DNA of 64,000 nucleotides from an uncultured Nitrospiraceae bacterium. GTDB lineage: Bacteria > Nitrospirota > Thermodesulfovibrionia > Thermodesulfovibrionales > Dissulfurispiraceae. Shown in pieces: positions 1-11,297 of the stretch. The stretch covers positions 768,001 through 832,000 of the forward strand of contig CAVPIW010000006.1 in assembly GCA_963705105.1 (NCBI GenBank), in the 5' to 3' direction. Under the pieces are notes generated by a model. It worked only from the letters and a program-made list of their open reading frames with translations. It did not search any database and was not told the DNA's origin. Numbering within the stretch: the first letter of the stretch is position 1; the number at the start of each line of letters is the position of its first letter. Both the position numbers and the translations under genes were made by a program.

Positions 1-135
1 AAGAAGGAGCACTTCATTTTTGCCGTTCCCGACGGGACACAGAGCGTCGAAGTCGAGATCACACTGAAGTACGTTCATCCCGGCCCCAAGATCGAGATCC
101 CCATTCACGGGACTGTGAGGAAATTCACTTTCTGA
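1..135 (+). CDS. 3' end of an unknown protein (partial)
   Basis: Frame 1 is open from the window edge (KKEHFIFAVPDG...RKFTF) to TGA at 133-135. Confidence 0.6.
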   Translation, partial: KKEHFIFAVPDGTQSVEVEITLKYVHPGPKIEIPIHGTVRKFTF

Positions 136-165
136 GGAAACAGGGGTCTACACATTTGACATTTA

Positions 166-736
166 GCCTTATCGTTGCAGACCCCCCGGAGAGGCGGGGT
201 GAAGATGCCACTGGAAAAGTCACTAAGTCATTAAGTTATTGAGTCATTACCGGCAGTCGGAACAACGCAGGGAGCACTCGGGCGGGAAGGCTGATGTGGT
301 GAAAAGCCTTTCCGCTAAGATACCTTATCTATCCCCAGACAACCCTTTGCCGTGTCCATTGATACCACAAGCCCGTCAGGCAACAGGCGCTGAACACTTG
401 GAGATGAAAGCATTCCATCATACGCCCGACCGGAAAGGCGGGGTGAATGCGCCGAAAAGCATCGGTGCTGCGAAACCGCTGCCGTCCCGTGAAGAGCATT
501 GAAGCACAACTGTCGATGATACAAAGGATGAAATGTTTAAAATCCAATAATAAATAATCATGCTCGCTATCAGCGAGGCTTTGAGGCGCTTCGCCCCGCC
601 TTTCGGTGCATCTGCCAAAATGGTCCTCATCATGGCATTGGAAAGGGTTTGAACCATATTTGCCTTCCCGGAGACCGCGGTTGTGACACCGACACTGACA
701 CTTTTTTCAGAGCCCTTCGCCGCGCCGTTTCATGCA
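166..736. repeat. Modular palindromic intergenic repeat, with a second copy (431-605) nested inside
   Basis: Arms GGAAAGGCGGGG(C/T)GAA / TTCGCCCCGCCTTTC; the internal module GGGAAGGCTGATGTGGTGAAAAGCCTTTCC also occurs at 13197 and, reversed, at 63483-63512. Confidence 0.85.
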
Positions 737-747
737 CTTCTATCTCG

Positions 748-1515
748 TCATTCTTTGAGCAGCGTCTCGGCAATTTTCGCGAACTCTCTGATGCTCAGGG
801 TCTCGGCCCTTCTCATCGGGTCGACGCCCGCATCCCGGAGCACCTTCCTTACATCTCCGAAAAGGGGCTTAAGGGCGTTGGCGAGGGTCTTCCTCCTTTG
901 GGAGAAGGCCGCCCTGACAACCCTGAAGAAGTGCCTCTCATCCGTCACCCGGACAGGAGGCTCACTCAGCAGGTCGATGCGGATGACGGCGGAATCGACC
1001 TCGGGGACAGGTCTGAAGGAGCCTGCAGGAATAATGAACTTCAGTTCAGCCTTCCCCCTGAACTGGACCGCCACGGAGAGCACGCCGTAGGTCTTCGAGC
1101 CCGGACCCGCGACGATCCTCAGGCCGACTTCCTTCTGGACCGTGAGGGTCATCGACCGGAGCGATGCCCGTGCATCGAGGAGACGGAACAGGATCGGCGT
1201 CGTTATGTAATAGGGAATGTTCGCCACGACCTTGAAGGGTCCCAGTTCTTCATAGGGATATGCGAGGGCGTCCCCCAGAATAAGCTGGACGTTGTCGTAT
1301 TCCTGCACACTTTCCCGGGCCTTTTCGTAGAGATCCTCATCAATCTCGATGGCGATCACGCGACCGGCAGCCCCGGCGAGCACGGCCGTCATCCTGCCTA
1401 GCCCCGGCCCGATCTCGACGACCGTATCGTCGGGCCCGATGTCCGCGGCGTCGACGATCTTCCTCAGGATGACGGGGTCGAGAAGAAAGTGCTGTCCCAG
1501 TTTTTTTCCTGCCAT
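748..1515 (-). CDS. rsmA: 16S rRNA m6,2A dimethyltransferase
   Basis: KKLGQHFL, VEIGPGLG, VANIPYYIT, QRRKTL and RAETLS motifs. Confidence 0.97.
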   Translation of the reverse strand: MAGKKLGQHFLLDPVILRKIVDAADIGPDDTVVEIGPGLGRMTAVLAGAAGRVIAIEIDEDLYEKARESVQEYDNVQLILGDALAYPYEELGPFKVVANIPYYITTPILFRLLDARASLRSMTLTVQKEVGLRIVAGPGSKTYGVLSVAVQFRGKAELKFIIPAGSFRPVPEVDSAVIRIDLLSEPPVRVTDERHFFRVVRAAFSQRRKTLANALKPLFGDVRKVLRDAGVDPMRRAETLSIREFAKIAETLLKE

Positions 1516-1565
1516 TGATCAAGCCCTCTTTCCTGTGACACTTTCGTTCATGATTGTCTTATCCT

Positions 1566-1760
1566 TTCACATGAAAAGGCGGGGCGAAGCACTCTGAAAA
1601 CAGTGTCAGTGTGAGTGTCAGTGTCGGAAAAGATGTCCAATTCTCCTGACATCCGCTTATGCCTCGCCTTCCGTAATGATACAGGTGTCGCCGCAGCAAG
1701 GTTTTCGGCGCATTCACCCCAACCCCGCCTTTCCCGGGAGTGTATTGCAACGATAAGGTT
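1566..1760. repeat. Intergenic palindromic repeat copy with (AGTGTC)n arm
   Basis: 1684-1760 is nearly identical to 19144-19220; 1572-1627 matches 61978-62040. Confidence 0.85.
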
Positions 1761-1920
1761 ATGATACGCCATTCGACGAATCGAGGCAAACAGGACGGAA
1801 GTCCACCGGTCTGCGACAGGTCAACAGGGGTCCGTGCCGTCGGCGGTGCTCGTCGTCAGGTCCTGACCTGCCCCGGCAAAGCTTGCACAAACAGTCCAAC
1901 CTTTTTTAGTATAAAAAGTT

Positions 1921-4590
1921 ATGGTTGGATTTCTGCAGAAGATCTTCGGCACGAAGAATGAGCGTGAGCTGAAGAGGCTCCTCGGCGAAACGGACAGGAT
2001 CAATGTCTTCGAACCTTCCGTTGCGGCGCTGAGCGATGACGGGCTCAGGTCGAAGACCGAAGAGTTCAAAAACGCCCTCGCCTCGGGTAAGTCGCTCGAC
2101 GATATCCTCCCCGAGGCCTTTGCCGTCGTCCGCGAGGTCTCCAAAAGAGTGCTTTCGATGCGGCATTTCGACGTCCAGCTCATCGGCGGCCTGGTGCTCC
2201 ACGAGGGCAGGATCGCCGAAATGAAGACCGGTGAGGGAAAGACCCTCGTGGCGACGCTGCCTGTCTACCTGAACGCCCTTGACGGCAAGGGCGTCCATGT
2301 CGTCACCGTCAACGATTACCTCGCCAAGAGGGATGCCCAGTGGATGGGACCGATCTATCATTTCCTCGGTCTCACCGTCGGCGTCATCCAGCACGACAGT
2401 TCCCTGCTCTATGATCCTTCTTACGTGGTGGCGGACAAGCGGTTCCTGAACCTCCGCTCCTGCTCGAGGCAGGAGGCCTACCGCGCCGACATCACATATG
2501 GGACGAACAATGAGTTCGGTTTCGACTATCTCCGTGACAATATGAAGTACGACATATCGGACTATTGTCAGCGGGAACTGAACTATGCCATTGTCGACGA
2601 GGTCGACAGCATCCTCATCGACGAAGCGAGGACGCCTCTTATCATTTCCGGCCCTTCCGAGGAATCGACGGACAAATATTACAAGGTCAACAAGGTCATC
2701 CCGAACCTGAAAAACGAGGCGGACTTCAAGCTCGACGAAAAGCTCAAGACCTCCATCCTGACCGAAGAGGGCAACGTGAAGGTCGAGAGGTTTCTCGGTT
2801 TGGGCAACCTCTACGACCCGGCGAATATCGAGCTCGTCCACCATGTCCTCCAGGGGTTGCGGGCCCACCACCTCTTCAAGAAGGACGTCGACTACGTCGT
2901 GAAGGACGGAGAAGTCATCATTGTCGACGAGTTTACGGGCAGGCTCATGCCGGGCAGGCGCTGGAGCGACGGTCTGCACCAGGCCATCGAGGCGAAGGAG
3001 AACGTGAAGATCGCCTCTGAAAATCAGACTCTTGCAACGATCACTTTCCAGAATTACTTCAGGATGTACAACAAGCTCGCCGGCATGACAGGCACCGCCG
3101 ACACGGAAGCCGCCGAGTTTGCCGAGATATACAACCTCGATGTCGTCGTCATCCCGACGAACAAGCCGATGATTCGTGACGACCGCGCCGATATGGTCTA
3201 CAAGTCGGAGCGGGGCAAGTTCAACGCCGTCATCGAGGAGATCGAACAATGCAACGCAAAAGGACAGCCCGTCCTCGTCGGAACAACGTCCATCGAGAAG
3301 TCCGAGGTCCTCAGCTCTCTCCTTAAGAGAAAGGGGATCAAACACTCCGTTCTGAACGCGAAGTATCATGAGAAGGAGGCCGAGATCGTCGCCCAGGCGG
3401 GAAGGTTCGCTGCCGTCATGATCGCGACGAACATGGCCGGCCGCGGAACGGACATCGTCCTCGGCGGAAATCAGGCCGGTCTCGCGGGGGATTTTCTCAG
3501 GGATAAACCTGACTACACCGAGGAGGAGTTCTCCCAGGCCCTCGAAAAGGCCAAGACCATCTGTGAGAGGGAGCGCGAAGAGGTCGTCGGCGCCGGAGGT
3601 CTCCATATCATCGGCACGGAGCGGCATGAATCAAGACGGATTGACAACCAGCTCCGGGGCCGCTCGGGCAGGCAGGGCGATCCGGGCTCGTCACGGTTCT
3701 ATCTCTCTCTCGAAGACGACCTCATGAGGATCTTCGGATCCGACAAAATCAACAGCCTGATGACCATGCTCAAGATGGAAGAGGACATCCCCATCGAGAA
3801 CAAGATGGTGACGAAGGCGATCGAGAACGCCCAGAAACGCGTGGAGACCCACAACTTCGAGATCAGGAAACACCTCCTCCAGTATGACGACGTGATGAAC
3901 AAGCAGAGGTCCGAGATCTATACCTTCCGCCGTGAGGTGCTCGGGAGCGAATCGATGCAGGAGCGGGTCCTGGAGATGATCGAGGACGAGATCGACGGCC
4001 TTCTGTCGGTCTACTGCCCCGAAGAGGTGATCCCCGACGAGTGGGACCTCAAAGGGCTCGGGGACGCTCTGTTCGGTACCTTTGCGGTCAAGCTGGACGT
4101 TCAGGGCGCGCGCAACCGCGACACCCTGAGTGAGATGATCACTGTCGCCGTCAGGGAAGCCTATGAAGCCAAAGAGCGGGAGGCCGGCGGCGATGTCATG
4201 CGCTATCTCGAAAGGATGGTCCTCCTGCAGGTCATCGATACCCAGTGGAAAGACCACCTCCTCGGCATCGACCATGTCAAGGAGGGCGTGGGGCTGCGCG
4301 GCTATGCCCAGAAAGATCCCCTCATCGAATACAAGAAAGAGGCCTTCGACCTCTTTGCCGACATGTCGGACCGGATCACCTCGGAGACGCTCATGAGGCT
4401 CTTCAAGATCCAGATCAGGAAAGAGGAGCCGGAGATGCAGCCGACACCGCAGCAGCGCCTCTCCCTCAACCGTGCCGGCGGAGGGGACGGCCCCCGCCAG
4501 GCGGAGCGGAAGGAAAAGAAGATCGGCAGAAACGATCCCTGCCCCTGCGGCAGCGGGAAGAAGTACAAGAAGTGCTGCGGGGCGAAATAA
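1921..4590 (+). CDS. secA: Preprotein translocase ATPase SecA
   Basis: [40 protein letters not shown] and C-terminal SEC-C motif [18 protein letters not shown]. Confidence 0.99.
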   Translation: MVGFLQKIFGTKNERELKRLLGETDRINVFEPSVAALSDDGLRSKTEEFKNALASGKSLDDILPEAFAVVREVSKRVLSMRHFDVQLIGGLVLHEGRIAEMKTGEGKTLVATLPVYLNALDGKGVHVVTVNDYLAKRDAQWMGPIYHFLGLTVGVIQHDSSLLYDPSYVVADKRFLNLRSCSRQEAYRADITYGTNNEFGFDYLRDNMKYDISDYCQRELNYAIVDEVDSILIDEARTPLIISGPSEESTDKYYKVNKVIPNLKNEADFKLDEKLKTSILTEEGNVKVERFLGLGNLYDPANIELVHHVLQGLRAHHLFKKDVDYVVKDGEVIIVDEFTGRLMPGRRWSDGLHQAIEAKENVKIASENQTLATITFQNYFRMYNKLAGMTGTADTEAAEFAEIYNLDVVVIPTNKPMIRDDRADMVYKSERGKFNAVIEEIEQCNAKGQPVLVGTTSIEKSEVLSSLLKRKGIKHSVLNAKYHEKEAEIVAQAGRFAAVMIATNMAGRGTDIVLGGNQAGLAGDFLRDKPDYTEEEFSQALEKAKTICEREREEVVGAGGLHIIGTERHESRRIDNQLRGRSGRQGDPGSSRFYLSLEDDLMRIFGSDKINSLMTMLKMEEDIPIENKMVTKAIENAQKRVETHNFEIRKHLLQYDDVMNKQRSEIYTFRREVLGSESMQERVLEMIEDEIDGLLSVYCPEEVIPDEWDLKGLGDALFGTFAVKLDVQGARNRDTLSEMITVAVREAYEAKEREAGGDVMRYLERMVLLQVIDTQWKDHLLGIDHVKEGVGLRGYAQKDPLIEYKKEAFDLFADMSDRITSETLMRLFKIQIRKEEPEMQPTPQQRLSLNRAGGGDGPRQAERKEKKIGRNDPCPCGSGKKYKKCCGAK

Positions 4591-4905
4591 GACCTGAAAG
4601 GCAGTAGTCTGCAGTCAGTAGGCAGTAAACAGTAATCAGCAGTCGACAGCCCGCCGGAAAAACAAAAAACCTCTTCGTGCACCACCCGCGCCCAAAATAA
4701 TCTGACACGACGATAGGGCATGATTTCTCCGTAAAATAAACAACATCATACTCTTGTGCATGTCTTGCTATGAACATAGACGTTCTTACAGTCCACCTGC
4801 GGATCTCCCGCTCCGCCTTCCGCCTTCGACTCCCGCCGCCGTGAAGCTTACCCGTGAATTTCCCTTCAGAAAAGGCATGCGCGGTCCGGCGCAAGATCGC
4901 GTACT

Positions 4906-4934
4906 TGACAGAGCCGGCGAATCGAAGTAGGTTT
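4906..4934 (+). promoter_or_regulatory. Putative sigma70 promoter
   Basis: TTGACA-17 nt-TAGGTT upstream of the gene at 5102. Confidence 0.5.
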
Positions 4935-5101
4935 ATATAAAAAGTATTTATTTATAAGGAAAGCCCTCCCTGAGGTGCGAGCAACCCTTCCGGGCGCATT
5001 ATCTGCAGGCCTGGAGTGATTTGTGCTTCTCCGGGCGTCTTTCGATCGATAGTAATAACGGCTCAATCCAAACCGCATCATATGAGGTAGAGGAGGAGAA
5101 G

Positions 5102-7186
5102 ATGAGACGAAGTGCGATTCTCTGCGTGGTTGTTCTCTTGGCCGCAGCGGCTTATGCCACAAGCGCGTTCGCCGTTCCAGCTTATTTGACTGCATTGAAC
5201 GGCAAGTATGGATCGGCATACGACTGTACGGTATGTCACGGCCCCGGCGGCTCCCCTTTTACTCAGTACGGTGCTGCCTTTGATGCAGTGCCAACCCATG
5301 GGTCGAATCCCGCGGGGGCTCTGACGACGATAGATCCCCAGGATTCGGATGGAGACGGATTCCAGAATGGAGTTGAGCTCGCGGCAGGGACCCTGCCCGG
5401 CGATCCCAACAGCAAACCAGCGCCTCCCGTTGACTCGACGGCCCCGACGGTTACATCGTTTACAATACCTGCCGCCTCAAGCTCGCTCACGATCCCCATC
5501 CAGTCCTTTGCGGCAAACGATGCTGTCGGCGTCACAGGCTACATGGTGACGGAAAGCAGCGTTGCTCCCGCTGCGGCGGACACCCGCTGGAATGCCACTG
5601 CTCCCACAAGCTTTGTTGCGAGCGCACCAGGGCCTGTTACCCTCTTTGCCTGGGCAAAGGATGCAACCGGCAACGTGTCGGCGCCTCTGAGTTCGACGGT
5701 CACGATTACCCTGCCACCCACCGGTGACACGCAAGCCCCGACGGTCCCCGGTGGCCTGACAGCCTCGGCAACATCGGGTGCCATCAGCCTCACCTGGTCC
5801 GAATCGGTTGATGACGTGGGAGTCTCCGGATATCTCATCTTCAGGAACGGGACACAGTATGCCTCCACGGTGACATCAACGAACTTCATCGATACCGCGG
5901 TAGCAGCTGCCACGACGTATGCCTATACGGTCAGGGCGACTGACGCCGCCGGGAACATTTCAGCGGTCAGCAACTCCGTCACCGTCACAACACCTGCTGC
6001 AGGGGGCAACAGCATACCGCTTCCAACGGGTGGACAGGTCTTCTCCTCCCTCCCCGTGGACGCGCCGGTCCTGAGTCTCGACCCGGGGCAGGTCCTTCCC
6101 ATGGGCCTCGGCGCTTATGCCAATGGGGGCGACACAGTCGCAATAGTCATAGGGCTGGCTGCCTTCAGCGGGCCCGCCGACATCTATCTGGGCCTGTCAG
6201 CTCCTACCTTGAGCCCCGAGCTCTTCATCCTGAACTCGTCGGGCTTTTTTCAGCCGCTTTCGGCCGGCCTGGTGCCCTGGAAGGACAACATGCAGCCTGC
6301 ACCGCTGAACGTGACACTCCTGCCTGAGCTGCCGATGGCTTCTGTGCCGCCCGGGCGATACACGTTGTTTCTCGTTGTAACACCCGCAGGGAGTACGAGT
6401 GGCTTCTACCTCTGGGATACGGCCTTCACGGTCGACGTTCCCTGGCAGACTTCACTCAGCGGCGCAGAGATGGTGCCGCCCGTAGCTACCACTGGAACCG
6501 GAGTCGCGAACTTCGGCGTGGACCCTGCCACCGGAGGGCTCGCCGGTACGCTCGTCTTCTCAGGGTTGAGCAGTGCTGCAACCCAGGCCCATATTCATCA
6601 GGGCGCCGCCGGAACAAACGGCGATGTTATCGTGACCCTGGCAGGCGGCGCGGGGTCACCGTCGGGCGTCTGGACCGTCCCGCCGGGCGCTGCGCTCACC
6701 CCGGGGCAACTCGCGGCCCTGCAGAGCGGCGGTCTGTATTTTGTTGTCCACAGTACAGCGAACCCGTCCGGAGAGATTCGCGGCCAGATCACCTATCCGG
6801 TTGTCAGTATTGAAGAGACACTGAGCGGTGCTGAGGCGGTCCCTCCTGTCACAACGACAGGCTCGGCCACTGCCAGTCTGACCGTGAACATCGACACCGG
6901 TGAGGTCAGCGGCATCGTGAGTTTTGCCAACCTGTCAGGCAACGCCACGGGCTGCCACATTCACCTTGGTTCCCACGGGAGCCCCGGCCCTATAGTGGTC
7001 GATTTCGAGGGTGGAGACGGAGCCAGGACCGGGACGTACCGAGTGCCGGTGGGTGCGACCCTGACGAATGAGCAGCTCGCCGACCTGGCATCGAACAACA
7101 CATACCTGGTGATTCACTCTCTCACAAACCCGAACGGCGAAATCGTCGGACAGATCACCTACCCTGCCGGAGCACCTCGTCCGTAG
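5102..7186 (+). CDS. Secreted multidomain protein: c-type heme motif, Ca-binding DxDGDG, FN3/Ig-like, two CHRD domains
   Basis: RBS GAGGAGG, signal peptide, CTVCH, DSDGDGFQN, DTQAPTVP FN3 start, two LSGAExVPPV...HIH...GEIxGQI repeats. Confidence 0.85.
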   Translation: MRRSAILCVVVLLAAAAYATSAFAVPAYLTALNGKYGSAYDCTVCHGPGGSPFTQYGAAFDAVPTHGSNPAGALTTIDPQDSDGDGFQNGVELAAGTLPGDPNSKPAPPVDSTAPTVTSFTIPAASSSLTIPIQSFAANDAVGVTGYMVTESSVAPAAADTRWNATAPTSFVASAPGPVTLFAWAKDATGNVSAPLSSTVTITLPPTGDTQAPTVPGGLTASATSGAISLTWSESVDDVGVSGYLIFRNGTQYASTVTSTNFIDTAVAAATTYAYTVRATDAAGNISAVSNSVTVTTPAAGGNSIPLPTGGQVFSSLPVDAPVLSLDPGQVLPMGLGAYANGGDTVAIVIGLAAFSGPADIYLGLSAPTLSPELFILNSSGFFQPLSAGLVPWKDNMQPAPLNVTLLPELPMASVPPGRYTLFLVVTPAGSTSGFYLWDTAFTVDVPWQTSLSGAEMVPPVATTGTGVANFGVDPATGGLAGTLVFSGLSSAATQAHIHQGAAGTNGDVIVTLAGGAGSPSGVWTVPPGAALTPGQLAALQSGGLYFVVHSTANPSGEIRGQITYPVVSIEETLSGAEAVPPVTTTGSATASLTVNIDTGEVSGIVSFANLSGNATGCHIHLGSHGSPGPIVVDFEGGDGARTGTYRVPVGATLTNEQLADLASNNTYLVIHSLTNPNGEIVGQITYPAGAPRP

Positions 7187-7210
7187 GGTATCCGTCGAAA
7201 GACCGCAGTC

Positions 7211-7250
7211 GGCGGGCCCTCCGGGAACGTTTCCTCCCGGAGGGCCCGCC
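7211..7250. terminator. Strong hairpin, probable terminator
   Basis: GGCGGGCCCTCCGGGA...TCCCGGAGGGCCCGCC inverted repeat after the stop codon. Confidence 0.65.
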
Positions 7251-7387
7251 TTCATACTCCCGCTATCCTCTTTCAACCTCTCGTCTGGGCACACACAATA
7301 ATGTTTCGGGGAATTGGACCTGGCTACTAGTCGCGGGATGCATGCCCCGACTTTCCGAGAAGCCCCCTCTTTTGATACAATTCCCGG

Positions 7388-8290
7388 ATGCTCCTGCAAC
7401 AGCTCATCAACGGACTCACTCTCGGATGCGTCTATGCGATCATCGCCCTTGGCTACACCATGGTATACGGCATTCTCGAACTCATCAACTTCGCCCACGG
7501 CGAGATATACATGCTCGGCGCCTATCTCGGCATTATTATTTTCGGCTTTCTGACCGCTGCAGGCGTCACGGCGGCGAGCCTCCCCCTTGCCCTGGCGGGA
7601 ACGATCGTTCTCTCGGTCCTGTTCTGCTCAGCCTATGGCTTCACTATGGAAAAACTGGCATACAAGCCTCTGAGAAACGCACCGAGGCTCTGCCCCCTGA
7701 TCAGCGCTATCGGCATCTCCATCTTTCTCCAGAACTACGTCATGCTTACCCAGGGAGCGACCGACCAGGTCTTCCCCTATCGTTTCGGAGAGGCGGGATT
7801 TCACTTTCTGAACATCCACGTCACATACCTCCAGGCGATGATCATCGTTGTGTCGGCAATGCTCATGTTTCTCCTGCGCATGTTCATCAACACGACGCGC
7901 CTCGGCAAAGCCATGAGGGCGACTGCGCAGGACAAGACCATGGCAGCCCTCGTGGGCATCAATGTGAACGGCATCATCTCCGTCACCTTCGTCATCGGAG
8001 CGGGGCTCGCCGCCGTTGCGGGGGTGATGATCGCCTCATACTACGGGGTGATCAACTATTTCATCGGCTACATCGCAGGCATCAAGGCATTCACCGCCGC
8101 CGTCCTGGGAGGGATCGGCAGCATCCGCGGGGCCATGGTCGGCGGCGTGATCCTCGGCATGGCCGAGAGCCTCGGCGCCGCTTATGTGTCGAGCGAATAC
8201 AAGGATGCCTTCGCCTTCATCCTCCTCATCCTTTTCCTGCTCATCAGGCCTGCCGGCATCTTCGGCAGGGAGATCGCCGAGAAGGTCTGA
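7388..8290 (+). CDS. livH: Branched-chain amino acid ABC permease
   Basis: QQLINGLTLG, LINFAHGE, KAFTAAVLGGIGS. Confidence 0.95.
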   Translation: MLLQQLINGLTLGCVYAIIALGYTMVYGILELINFAHGEIYMLGAYLGIIIFGFLTAAGVTAASLPLALAGTIVLSVLFCSAYGFTMEKLAYKPLRNAPRLCPLISAIGISIFLQNYVMLTQGATDQVFPYRFGEAGFHFLNIHVTYLQAMIIVVSAMLMFLLRMFINTTRLGKAMRATAQDKTMAALVGINVNGIISVTFVIGAGLAAVAGVMIASYYGVINYFIGYIAGIKAFTAAVLGGIGSIRGAMVGGVILGMAESLGAAYVSSEYKDAFAFILLILFLLIRPAGIFGREIAEKV

Positions 8291-8293
8291 TCC

Positions 8294-9466
8294 GTGATGA
8301 CCGCTTTCAGGGGCGGACCAGCCAGTCTCGGTGCGGTGATCCGCTCACCTTTCGGCATCGCCCTCTGGGCGGCCCTGCTCTTCCTGCCCTTCAAGGGGAT
8401 CAACGGAGCCGCAGCCATGTTCGCCGGCGTCCTGCTCGGTCTCGCCCTGATCTCCCTCTTGAGGAAATTAAAGGAACGGAGCGCCGGAACGGAGAGGACC
8501 TGCGCCGGCCGGACAACGGCCCTGTTCCGTGAGACTGTCTCGCGCGGCTCGTCCCTTTTTGCGCCGGTCGTCTTCGTCATTTTCACCTGCCTCCCCTTCG
8601 TGCTCCCTGATTATTACGTCGATGTCCTGATCTTCGCAGGCATATACGCCGTCCTCGCCCTGGGCCTCAACGTGATCGTCGGTTTTGCGGGACTCCTCAA
8701 TCTCGGCTTTGCCGCATTTTACGCTATCGGAGCCTATACGTACGCCCTTCTCAATACCAGGGCCGGCTTCGATTTCTGGCTCTGTCTGCCCCTTGCGGGC
8801 GTCTTCGCTTCTCTCGCGGGCCTGTTCCTCGCCATCCCGGCCCTGCGGCTGAAGGGTGACTACCTCGCCATCGTGACCCTTGGATTCGGAGAGATCGTGC
8901 GCCTCGTGCTGAACAACTGGGACAGCCTCACAAACGGGCCGAACGGGATTACCGGCATCGCCCGCCCATCCCTGGCGGGATTCACCTTCACCGGTCTGAC
9001 CGCCTTTTACTTCGTCGTCTTCGCCCTTGTCGTCATCTCTCTGGTCGTCATCCGGCGTGTCAAGTACTCACGAATCGGGAGGGCCTGGATCGCCATCAGG
9101 GAAAACGAGATCGCAGGGTCGACCGTCGGCATCAACACGACGAGGTACAAGCTGTATGCCTTCACTTTCGGCACCTTCTGGGCCGGCATCGCCGGCGTCC
9201 TCTTCGCTTCGAAGATGCAGTTCGTGTCGCCCGAAAGCTTCACCTTCATGGAATCCGTCCTCATTCTCAGCATGGTCATCCTCGGCCGCATCGGGAGCGC
9301 CTACGGAGCGGTCGTCGGCGCATTCATCCTCGTGATCCTCCCGGAAGTCCTCAGGGACCTCCAGCTCTACCGCATGCTCATTCTCGGCATCGGTCTCGTA
9401 CTCCTCATGGTCTTCCGGCCCCAGGGCCTCCTGGGCGCGCCAAAAGATGCATATTCTCAGCGTTAG
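8294..9466 (+). CDS. livM: Branched-chain amino acid ABC permease
   Basis: LGLNVIVGFAGLLNLG, LRLKGDYLAIVTLGFGEI. Confidence 0.93.
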   Translation: MMTAFRGGPASLGAVIRSPFGIALWAALLFLPFKGINGAAAMFAGVLLGLALISLLRKLKERSAGTERTCAGRTTALFRETVSRGSSLFAPVVFVIFTCLPFVLPDYYVDVLIFAGIYAVLALGLNVIVGFAGLLNLGFAAFYAIGAYTYALLNTRAGFDFWLCLPLAGVFASLAGLFLAIPALRLKGDYLAIVTLGFGEIVRLVLNNWDSLTNGPNGITGIARPSLAGFTFTGLTAFYFVVFALVVISLVVIRRVKYSRIGRAWIAIRENEIAGSTVGINTTRYKLYAFTFGTFWAGIAGVLFASKMQFVSPESFTFMESVLILSMVILGRIGSAYGAVVGAFILVILPEVLRDLQLYRMLILGIGLVLLMVFRPQGLLGAPKDAYSQR

Positions 9467-10214
9467 AGGACTGTCAAAGCATTTCGGCGGCATCAGGGCC
9501 GTCGAGGACGTGACCTTCTCCGTCCAGGAAAACGCGATCCTGAGCATCATCGGGCCGAACGGCGCCGGCAAGACGACCCTCTTCAACTGCCTCACCGGCG
9601 TCACAAGGCCGACGGGAGGGACTATTCTCTTCCCGGACAGGGATATATCGAGGTGGACGGCCCACGAAATCGCCGGGGCAGGTATCGCTCGGACCTTCCA
9701 GAACATACGGCTCTTCTCGGAGATGACGGCCCTCGAAAACGTGATGGTGGCTCAGCACACGAGAATGATTTACGGCATAATCGATGCTGTTTTTCATCTG
9801 GGACGATACAGGAGCGCGGAACGCATCATCAGGGAGAAAGCCCTGGAGTACCTCCAGTTTGTCGGTCTCGATCAGTCCGCATCGGTGACGGCCCGGAACC
9901 TGCCCTACGGGAGCCAGCGAAAGCTCGAAATCGCCAGGGCTCTCGCGACGGAGCCCAAAGTTCTCCTGCTCGACGAACCGACGGCGGGCATGAACCCCAT
10001 GGAAACGACGGAGGTGATGGGGCTCATCAGGAGGATCAAGGAGCTGGGAAAGACGATCATCCTCATCGAGCACGACATGCGGCTCGTCATGGGCATATCG
10101 GAATGGATCATCGCCCTCGATCACGGTGTCAGGATCGCCGAAGGATCACCGGAGACGGTGCGGAACGATCCCCTCGTCATCGAGGCCTATCTCGGGAAGG
10201 AAGGGGTGTTCTGA
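9447..10214 (+). CDS. livG: Branched-chain amino acid ABC ATPase
   Basis: GPNGAGKTT, RTFQNIRLF, LPYG, LLLDEP, EAYLG. Confidence 0.95.
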   Translation: MHILSVRGLSKHFGGIRAVEDVTFSVQENAILSIIGPNGAGKTTLFNCLTGVTRPTGGTILFPDRDISRWTAHEIAGAGIARTFQNIRLFSEMTALENVMVAQHTRMIYGIIDAVFHLGRYRSAERIIREKALEYLQFVGLDQSASVTARNLPYGSQRKLEIARALATEPKVLLLDEPTAGMNPMETTEVMGLIRRIKELGKTIILIEHDMRLVMGISEWIIALDHGVRIAEGSPETVRNDPLVIEAYLGKEGVF

Positions 10215-10915
10215 TGCTCCGGCTCATCGGTCTTCATACATCATACGGCCCTATCAAGGCCCTGAGGGGGATCGACCTGAACGTCGCTCAGGGAGAGATC
10301 GTCTGCCTCATCGGCAGCAACGGCGCCGGCAAGACGACGACGCTCATGACCGTGTCGGGTATCCTGACTCCGGAATCGGGCGACGTGATCTTCGAGGGAG
10401 CATCCATCAAAGGGCTGCCTTCCCACGAAATCGTGCGCCGAGGCATCTGCCAGGTGCCCGAGGGAAGGAGGATCTTCCCGAGACTCACGGTCATGGAGAA
10501 CCTCGAGATGGGCGCCTATGTGACCAGGGGCGGAAACTTCCGGCAAGACCTGGACAGGGTCTTTGCGCTCTTCCCGGTTCTGGGGGACCGGAAAGACCAG
10601 CCCGGCGGCACGCTGAGCGGAGGGGAACAACAGATGCTCGCCCTCGGCAGGGCGCTCATGTCGAGGCCGAGACTGCTGCTCCTCGACGAGCCGTCCCTCG
10701 GCCTGGCGCCGATCATGGTGGGCAGGATCTTCAGGACGATCACCGAAATCAACAGGGAGGGGACGACGATCCTCCTCGTCGAGCAGAACGCCCGGGCGGC
10801 AATCAGCCTGTCGCGCCGGGGCTACGTCATCGAGACCGGCCTGATCAGGCTTCACGGCGACGGACAGGACCTGCTGAACAACGACGAGGTCAAGAAGGCC
10901 TATCTCGGGATATAG
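10214..10915 (+). CDS. livF: Branched-chain amino acid ABC ATPase
   Basis: TGATG coupling at 10212-10216; GSNGAGKTT, LSGGEQQML, LLDEPSLGLAP. Confidence 0.95.
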   Translation: MLRLIGLHTSYGPIKALRGIDLNVAQGEIVCLIGSNGAGKTTTLMTVSGILTPESGDVIFEGASIKGLPSHEIVRRGICQVPEGRRIFPRLTVMENLEMGAYVTRGGNFRQDLDRVFALFPVLGDRKDQPGGTLSGGEQQMLALGRALMSRPRLLLLDEPSLGLAPIMVGRIFRTITEINREGTTILLVEQNARAAISLSRRGYVIETGLIRLHGDGQDLLNNDEVKKAYLGI

Positions 10916-10916
10916 C

Positions 10917-11108
10917 CTATTTCTGTTCCTCCTTGCCTCCCGCCGTGAGGAAATGTATGAGGACGTCCGTGTCCTTCGGGGACAAATCGAACAATGCACA
11001 GGCCTCACCGATCAACTTTGACAGGTTTGCCCCGGGGTTTTCCTCCCGTTGCCCGGAAATCCACCTAACGGCCTTTCTCATCTGTTCGCCTTCGGGCTGA
11101 ATGCTCAC
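10917..11108 (-). CDS. Small hypothetical protein (~63 aa)
   Basis: RBS GAGGAGG before GTG; SIQPEGEQMRKAVRWIS...FDLSPKD. Confidence 0.7.
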   Translation of the reverse strand: MSIQPEGEQMRKAVRWISGQREENPGANLSKLIGEACALFDLSPKDTDVLIHFLTAGGKEEQK

Positions 11109-11297
11109 TCTCTGTTCCTCCTCTCTATTCTTATGACCGCAATCCGCAGCCGTTTCACTTGCGCATACTATGATACCACGCAAATGATACCTCAGGTGAA
11201 GTGACTATGGTAAAATCTTTCGGCAGTCGTGAAAAATCCAATGGACAACCCCTGTTTCGCCCTCTTCTTGGGGGGTATATGGGGAAAGGAGACGAAG

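Noticed and set aside
239..657. Short ORFs such as MVKSLS.KIPY.SPD.PLPC recurring at 239, 13209 and 63297
   Set aside because: Translations of the non-coding repeat with inconsistent starts and ends.
1906..3627. 573-aa ORF antisense to secA, and similar long shadow ORFs
   Set aside because: Antisense artefacts of GC-rich codon bias overlapping well-supported genes.
4600..4650. CAGTAGG/CAGTAAA heptamer tract after secA
   Set aside because: Short degenerate low-complexity repeat with no supportable function.
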